A stretch of DNA of 63,976 bases, the filler included, from Candidatus Nezhaarchaeota archaeon WYZ-LMO8 (lineage in GTDB: Archaea; Thermoproteota; Methanomethylicia; Nezhaarchaeales; WYZ-LMO8), in NCBI GenBank assembly GCA_004347965.1. It is 3 parts of 3 records of this genome, joined end to end, with 100 filler letters (N's around TTAATTAATTAA, not from the genome) between each part and the next. Parts side by side here need not be neighbours in the genome. Positions count along the whole stretch, not along the records: positions 30,326 to 59,631 come from QNVF01000016.1; positions 59,732 to 63,976 come from QNVF01000062.1; 1 more part is not named here. One strand, written 5' to 3'. Below the pieces are notes generated by a model. The model had not been told where the DNA came from. It ran no database searches and saw only the letters and a list, made by a program, of their open reading frames with translations. Made by a program: the position numbers and the translations under genes. Shown piece by piece: positions 59,494 to 63,976 of this stretch (positions within the stretch are counted from its first letter, which is position 1; every line of letters starts with the position of its first letter).

Positions 59494-59631
59494 TCATAGA
59501 CCCATTATCCCGGGAGCCATTATGTTGTTCGGATCAAGAATCCTCTTGAGCTTCTTGAGGACTTCATAGTAAAGTCCCAACTTAGGCATCTGATCAGCCC
59601 ATAGAGCCCCCATCCTATAGGGGCATGCTCC
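59494..59631 (-). CDS. FAD-binding oxidoreductase (GlcD/VAO fold), C-terminal fragment cut by contig edge
   Basis: Manual translation GACPYRMGALWADQMPKLGLYYEVLKKLKRILDPNNIMAPGIMGL*. Confidence 0.8.
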   Translation of the reverse strand, partial: GACPYRMGALWADQMPKLGLYYEVLKKLKRILDPNNIMAPGIMGL

Positions 59632-59731
59632 NNNNNNNNNNNNNNNNNNNNNNNNNNNNNNNNNNNNNNNNNNNNTTAATTAATTAANNNNNNNNNNNNN
59701 NNNNNNNNNNNNNNNNNNNNNNNNNNNNNNN
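59632..59731. other. Artificial contig linker (N44-TTAATTAATTAA-N44)
   Basis: Same structure as 30226-30325. Confidence 0.98.
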
Positions 59732-59940
59732 ATCATAAGGGTCATACTGGGAAGGTAATAAAGTTAGACCATAAAAAGTTCAGGGTATACATAGAAGGTT
59801 TGGTTAGGAAGAAGGTTGATGGATCTGAGGTTCCCATCCCAATCCATCCTTCAAAGGTCGAGATAATTAAGCTCAACTTAGATGATGAGTGGAGGAAGAA
59901 GATAGTTGAAAGGAAAATGGCAGCTAAAACAACGACGTAA
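59732..59940 (+). CDS. rpl24p: 50S ribosomal protein uL24, C-terminal part
   Basis: Manual translation HKGHTGKVIKLD...IEGL..KKVDGSEVPIPIHPSKVEIIKLNLDDEWR; lies before rps4e. Confidence 0.92.
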
Positions 59941-59955
59941 CTTAAGGTGAGTTGA

Positions 59956-60699
59956 ATGACCAAGAAGTCTAAGTCTAGAGGCTTAAAGCGCTACGCCATG
60001 CCTGCTTGGTGGTCAATTCCAGTAAAGGAGCATGTATGGGCTCCAAAACCGTCACCTGGACCCCACTCTCTTGAAAGATCCGTACCTCTCTTGATAGTGT
60101 TGAGGGATATCCTCAAGCTAGCTGAGAGCGCGAGGGAGGTCAAGTACATGTTGAGGTCTGGCGCCGTAAAGGTTGACGGTGTTGTAAGAAAGGATTACCG
60201 ATTCCCCGTGGGCCTCATGGACGTTATAGAAATAGAGAAGGAGAACCTAGTCTTCAGGTTACTATCTAGACCAGGCAAATTCTTAGATCTAGTTCCAATT
60301 CCTGAAAATGAGAAGCACTTCAAGCTGTGTAGGATAGAGGACAAGACGACTGTGAGGGGTGGTCATATACAGTTGAACCTCCATGATGGGAGCAACGCTC
60401 TAGTCAAAGTATCGAACCCTCAAAAACCTCTCGAAGACGTGTATAGAACGTTTGACGTCATTAAGATAGCGCTTCCTGACCGCACTATCTTAGAGCACTA
60501 CCCCTTCGAACCTGGTAACTTGGCGTTAGTGATAAGTGGAAAGAAGGTTGGTAGGATAGGTAAGATCGTTGAGATCAAAGGAGGACCTATGAGAGAGAAC
60601 AAGATAGTTACCCTTGAACATGAGGGTGAGAGGTTCGACGTCGGATATTTAACGGTATTTGTAGTAGGAAAAGATTCGCCTGCCATAACTTTAGGGTGA
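59956..60699 (+). CDS. rps4e: 30S ribosomal protein eS4
   Basis: LKR..MP..W, PSPGPH, VDG..RKD..FPVGLMDV, QLNLHDG. Confidence 0.96.
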   Translation: MTKKSKSRGLKRYAMPAWWSIPVKEHVWAPKPSPGPHSLERSVPLLIVLRDILKLAESAREVKYMLRSGAVKVDGVVRKDYRFPVGLMDVIEIEKENLVFRLLSRPGKFLDLVPIPENEKHFKLCRIEDKTTVRGGHIQLNLHDGSNALVKVSNPQKPLEDVYRTFDVIKIALPDRTILEHYPFEPGNLALVISGKKVGRIGKIVEIKGGPMRENKIVTLEHEGERFDVGYLTVFVVGKDSPAITLG

Positions 60700-60706
60700 A
60701 GGAGTC

Positions 60707-61228
60707 ATGAGCGAGAGTAGCAGGAATGTTATGAGGAGTCTCAGAATAGCTAAAGTTGTAGTTAACATGGCTGTGGGGACTTCAGGTGAAAAACTCGCTA
60801 AAGCAGCTCAAGTCTTAGAATACTTAACAGGTCAAAAGCCTAGCTTTAGGAAGGCCAAGAAGACGATCAAGGAGTTCGGAATAAAGAAGGGGGAGAACAT
60901 AGCATGTATCGTCACATTGACTAAGGACAAAGCCCTAGACTTCCTAAAGAGAGCTCTCGCCGCTGTAGACTTCAAGATTAAGAGGACTTCGTTTGATGAG
61001 CATGGAAACTTCTCATTTGGGGTGAAGGAGCACATAGCTTTACCTGGCGTAAAGTACGATCCTTCTCTAGGAGTATTCGGATTTGACGTTTGCGTAACGT
61101 TTGAAAGGCCAGGTTTTCGCGTGGCAAGAAGACGTAGAAAGAGATCGAAGATAGGTAAGAAGCAAAGAGTAACAATGGAAGAGGGAATAAAATTTGTCCA
61201 GGAGGTTCTTGGTGTAAAAGTCGTGTAA
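60707..61228 (+). CDS. rpl5: 50S ribosomal protein uL5
   Basis: KVVVNM.VG, LTGQKP, FD..GNFSFG..EHI, RPGFRV. Confidence 0.96.
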   Translation: MSESSRNVMRSLRIAKVVVNMAVGTSGEKLAKAAQVLEYLTGQKPSFRKAKKTIKEFGIKKGENIACIVTLTKDKALDFLKRALAAVDFKIKRTSFDEHGNFSFGVKEHIALPGVKYDPSLGVFGFDVCVTFERPGFRVARRRRKRSKIGKKQRVTMEEGIKFVQEVLGVKVV

Positions 61229-61254
61229 CCTTACTAAATTATGAGGTGAATTGC

Positions 61255-61419
61255 TTGGGCAAGTATAGACCGCCAAAAGAGAGAAAATTTGGTAAAGGTA
61301 GTAGGTGCTGTAGAATCTGTGGTACTCATGAAGCTTTGATTCGTAAATACAACCTCATGTTATGTAGACGCTGCTTCAGAGAAGTTGCTCCTAAGCTTGG
61401 TTTTAAGAAGTATTCGTGA
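61255..61419 (+). CDS. rps14: 30S ribosomal protein uS14 (Zn-binding type)
   Basis: TTG start after [30 protein letters not shown]...[22 protein letters not shown]; absent from ORF track. Confidence 0.95.
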   Translation: MGKYRPPKERKFGKGSRCCRICGTHEALIRKYNLMLCRRCFREVAPKLGFKKYS

Positions 61420-61435
61420 TCGAGGTGAGAGACTC

Positions 61436-61828
61436 ATGACCATGAATGATCCTCTTGCCGATGCTTTGACGACTATAAAGAACTGTGAGATGAGAGCTAA
61501 GAACGAAGCGCTCATAATGCCTGCCTCAAAATTAATAGCTAGTGTACTTAGAGTTATGTTGAAGTACGGCTACATAGGTAACTTTGAGTATATAGATGAT
61601 GGCAGGTTCGGTAAGATAAGGGTTCAATTGTTGGGCAGGATCAATAACTGTGGGGTCATAAAGCCTAGGTTTCCAGTCAAGAAGAACGAATATGAAAAGT
61701 GGGAGAAGAGGTACCTCCCATCACCTGATGTAGGTCTCCTTGTAGTCTCAACACCTAAAGGTGTTGTATCGCATAGAGAAGCTAAAGAACTTGGAATGGG
61801 TGGAGTATTACTCGCTTACGTTTACTAA
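61436..61828 (+). CDS. rps8: 30S ribosomal protein uS8
   Basis: [35 protein letters not shown]; start at ATG 61436 after GAGGTGA. Confidence 0.96.
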   Translation: MTMNDPLADALTTIKNCEMRAKNEALIMPASKLIASVLRVMLKYGYIGNFEYIDDGRFGKIRVQLLGRINNCGVIKPRFPVKKNEYEKWEKRYLPSPDVGLLVVSTPKGVVSHREAKELGMGGVLLAYVY

Positions 61829-61833
61829 TTGAG

Positions 61834-62403
61834 GTGTTTGAAATGAAGCTTCTCTACCATCCATATGTAATTGAAAAGGTGAGCATACCAGAAGGTGTGG
61901 AAGTAAAGATTGAGGGTTCTTCGAAGATCACTATCAAGGGTCCCAAGGGCGCTTTAACTAAAGACTTCTCTCATACTAAAGTCTGCTTAAGGGTGGAGGG
62001 GGACTACGTCCTCATCGAATCCTACATTAAAGGTAAGAGAGGTAAGAGCACATGTAGAACTGTGGCTTCTCACATCAGGAACATGATTATTGGCGTTACT
62101 GAGGGCTTTGTCTACAAGCTCAAGATAGTGTACTCCCACTTCCCAATGGCTGTTAAGGTTGAAGGCGATAAGGTTGTTATAGAGAACTTCATGGGTGAGA
62201 AGTCGAAGAGGATAGCTAAGATAGTGGGCAATGTGAAGGTTCAAGTTAAAGGCGACGACGTGATAGTTGAAGGAGTAGACCTAGAGCAAGTATCGCAAAC
62301 TGCAGCTAACATAGAGAGGGCTACCAAGATAAAGGAGTATGATCCAAGAATATTCATGGATGGAATCTACATATACGAGCGTAAAGGTAAGAGTGTTGTG
62401 TAG
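61834..62403 (+). CDS. rpl6: 50S ribosomal protein uL6
   Basis: KGPKG.L, HIRNMI.GVTEGF, YSHFP, QTAANIE, DPRIF.DGIY. Confidence 0.96.
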   Translation: MFEMKLLYHPYVIEKVSIPEGVEVKIEGSSKITIKGPKGALTKDFSHTKVCLRVEGDYVLIESYIKGKRGKSTCRTVASHIRNMIIGVTEGFVYKLKIVYSHFPMAVKVEGDKVVIENFMGEKSKRIAKIVGNVKVQVKGDDVIVEGVDLEQVSQTAANIERATKIKEYDPRIFMDGIYIYERKGKSVV

Positions 62404-62457
62404 CATCGTGTTGATGAGGTTTTCTATGTTGGCTTCCTTAACGAGGTGTGAACTTAG

Positions 62458-62865
62458 ATGTCTACAAAATTAATGGATGTCAAGAGAAGGCTCTTAAAGT
62501 TAAGGTTGAAGATGAATAGGACTAGAGTAGAGTTTAGAAGGTTAAACATTTTAGGGCTCAGGAGAGTTGATGAGGAGCGCTGGAGAAGACCTAGAGGAAT
62601 AGACAACAAGATAAAGTTAAGTAGGAAAGGCTATCCACCCATAGTTAGAATAGGCTATCGTAATCCTAAACTAGTTAGAGGCCTTCACCCCTCAGGCTTA
62701 ATTGAAATATTGGTGTATAGGCCGCAAGATTTAGACAATCTAGATCCTAAGATTCATTGTGTAAGAATAGCTCACACCGTGGGAAGGAGGAAGAGACTTC
62801 AAATAATAGATAAGGCCAAAAGTATGGGGTTTAGGATCCTCAACGCGGTTGGTGTTGAAGAATGA
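62458..62865 (+). CDS. rpl32e: 50S ribosomal protein eL32
   Basis: WRRPRGIDNK, GY..PK.VRGLHPSG, IAHTVG.RKR. Confidence 0.96.
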   Translation: MSTKLMDVKRRLLKLRLKMNRTRVEFRRLNILGLRRVDEERWRRPRGIDNKIKLSRKGYPPIVRIGYRNPKLVRGLHPSGLIEILVYRPQDLDNLDPKIHCVRIAHTVGRRKRLQIIDKAKSMGFRILNAVGVEE

Positions 62866-63308
62866 ATCTCAGCATGGTTAGGAGACTTGCAGCAGAGGTT
62901 TTAGGCGTAGGTGAGAGCAGGGTCTACATAGACCCCTCAAGGCTTGACGAAGTATCATCAGCTGTAACGAAGGATGACGTCAGAAAGCTCATTGAAGAGG
63001 GCGTGATATCAGCTAAGCCAGTTAGAGGAACTAGTAGAGCCAGGGCGAGACTTAGACACCTTAAGAAGCGTAAAGGTTTAAGGAGAGGTGAGGGCTCTCG
63101 TAAAGGTTCAGTAGCCAACTTAGAGAAGAAGCTCTGGACTGCTAGGGTAAGGGCACTTAGAAATTACCTTAAGCTGTTGAGAGACAAGAAGATGATAGAT
63201 GCGAAGACTTATAGAAGGCTCTACAAGCTCGTCAAGGGAGGAGTCTTTCAGAGTAGAGCTCACTTAAAAGAGTACGTAAAGGAGCAAGGGCTTCTAAGGA
63301 GGGTTTAA
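62862..63308 (+). CDS. rpl19e: 50S ribosomal protein eL19
   Basis: RRLAA.VLGVG..RV, G.RRG.GSRKG, W..RVRALR, Y...KGG.F. Confidence 0.96.
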   Translation: MNLSMVRRLAAEVLGVGESRVYIDPSRLDEVSSAVTKDDVRKLIEEGVISAKPVRGTSRARARLRHLKKRKGLRRGEGSRKGSVANLEKKLWTARVRALRNYLKLLRDKKMIDAKTYRRLYKLVKGGVFQSRAHLKEYVKEQGLLRRV

Positions 63309-63310
63309 GC

Positions 63311-63910
63311 TTGGCTAGAAGGAAGACCATAAAGCGAATTCCTTTCAGAAGAAGGAGGAGGGGTCTAACAGATTATCGATCAAGGTTGAAGATGTTGCTC
63401 TCCGGTAAACCATTGCTAGTGGTCAGGAAGACCAACACTCAAATAATAGTCCAAGTCGTCAAGCCTGAAGTTAAGGGAGACGTAGTTCTAGCACAAGCAA
63501 CTGGTAGAGAGCTGAGGACTAAGTTCAGCTGGCCAGCTTCAGGTAAGAATACTCCTGCAGCTTACTTAGCTGGTTACCTTGCAGGGCTGAGAGCTATAAA
63601 AGCTGGGGTCAAGGAGGCCATCCTCTACATAGGTCTACATAGAGCGGTAAGGGGAGCTAGGGTCTTCGCAGCCTTGAAGGGAGCGTTGGATGCGGGTCTC
63701 AAGGTTCCCCATAGCCCAGAGATTCTTCCATCTGAAGATAGAATTCGAGGCTCACACATTGCAGAGTACGCAAGAATTCTCAAAGAAAGTAACCCAGCAT
63801 CCTTTGAGAAGCGCTTCTCGGCTTACCTTAAGTCTGGCTTCAACCCAGAGAAGATCGTTGAGACATTTGAAAGTGTAAAGAAGAGAATAGAGGAGTCTGC
63901 GTATTCATAA
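63311..63910 (+). CDS. rpl18: 50S ribosomal protein uL18
   Basis: [43 protein letters not shown]. Confidence 0.96.
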   Translation: MARRKTIKRIPFRRRRRGLTDYRSRLKMLLSGKPLLVVRKTNTQIIVQVVKPEVKGDVVLAQATGRELRTKFSWPASGKNTPAAYLAGYLAGLRAIKAGVKEAILYIGLHRAVRGARVFAALKGALDAGLKVPHSPEILPSEDRIRGSHIAEYARILKESNPASFEKRFSAYLKSGFNPEKIVETFESVKKRIEESAYS

Positions 63911-63976
63911 GTAGTATAGATGGCATGAATGAAGGAAAGCTTAAAATAAATCCCTCAACATGTAGGTTTTTCACTA

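Noticed and set aside
61385..61435. N-terminal extension of uS8 in the ORF track
   Set aside because: Overlaps rps14; the SD-preceded ATG at 61436 gives a normal-length protein
555..63878. Many 60-155 aa ORFs antisense to or nested in recognised genes (e.g. 555-911, 1932-2396, 8618-9025, 27874-28302, 30756-31199, 55134-55589)
   Set aside because: Shadow ORFs of well-supported genes with no motifs of their own
1..63976. tRNA, rRNA, CRISPR arrays, transposases, integrases
   Set aside because: None recognised by eye in intergenic regions or ORFs; a covariance-model scan would be needed to exclude small RNAs

Overview
Archaeal sequence, most likely a thermophilic TACK/Thermoproteota-type metagenome-assembled genome (archaeal rps4e/rpl32e/rpl19e, GGTGA/GGAGG Shine-Dalgarno sites, BRE-TATA promoters); exact lineage cannot be fixed from this window. 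It is three contigs joined by artificial 100-bp linkers (N44-TTAATTAATTAA-N44 at 30226-30325 and 59632-59731), so adjacency across those points is meaningless. Contig A (1-30225): leuCD-family dehydratase, acyl-CoA enzymes (crotonase, MaoC, glutaryl-CoA dehydrogenase, GctAB CoA-transferase, AtoE transporter), FmdE plus FecCD-type ABC importer, peptide ABC transporter, and a glycerol kinase/G3P dehydrogenase/lipase run. Contig B (30326-59631): 4-hydroxybutyryl-CoA dehydratase, S1P-lyase-like PLP enzyme, penicillin-acylase-family protein, a GNAT-KamA-Ddl-like-Ddl-like cluster, rhomboid, a DUF3782-type pseudogene, and an ~11.5-kb redox island (TfrA-like flavoprotein, LeuB/tartrate-DH family, two FAD-oxidase/CCG Fe-S pairs, thiolase+DUF35, LarA, atypical SDR). 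Contig C: ribosomal spc-type cluster rpl24-rpl18. The best candidates for undescribed biology are (1) the KamA + two ATP-grasp ligase + GNAT cluster, a plausible beta-amino-acid peptide pathway, and (2) the redox island, in which several enzymes have visibly replaced canonical catalytic motifs. No tRNA, rRNA, CRISPR or intact IS element was recognised. All family assignments come from motif recognition, not database searches.
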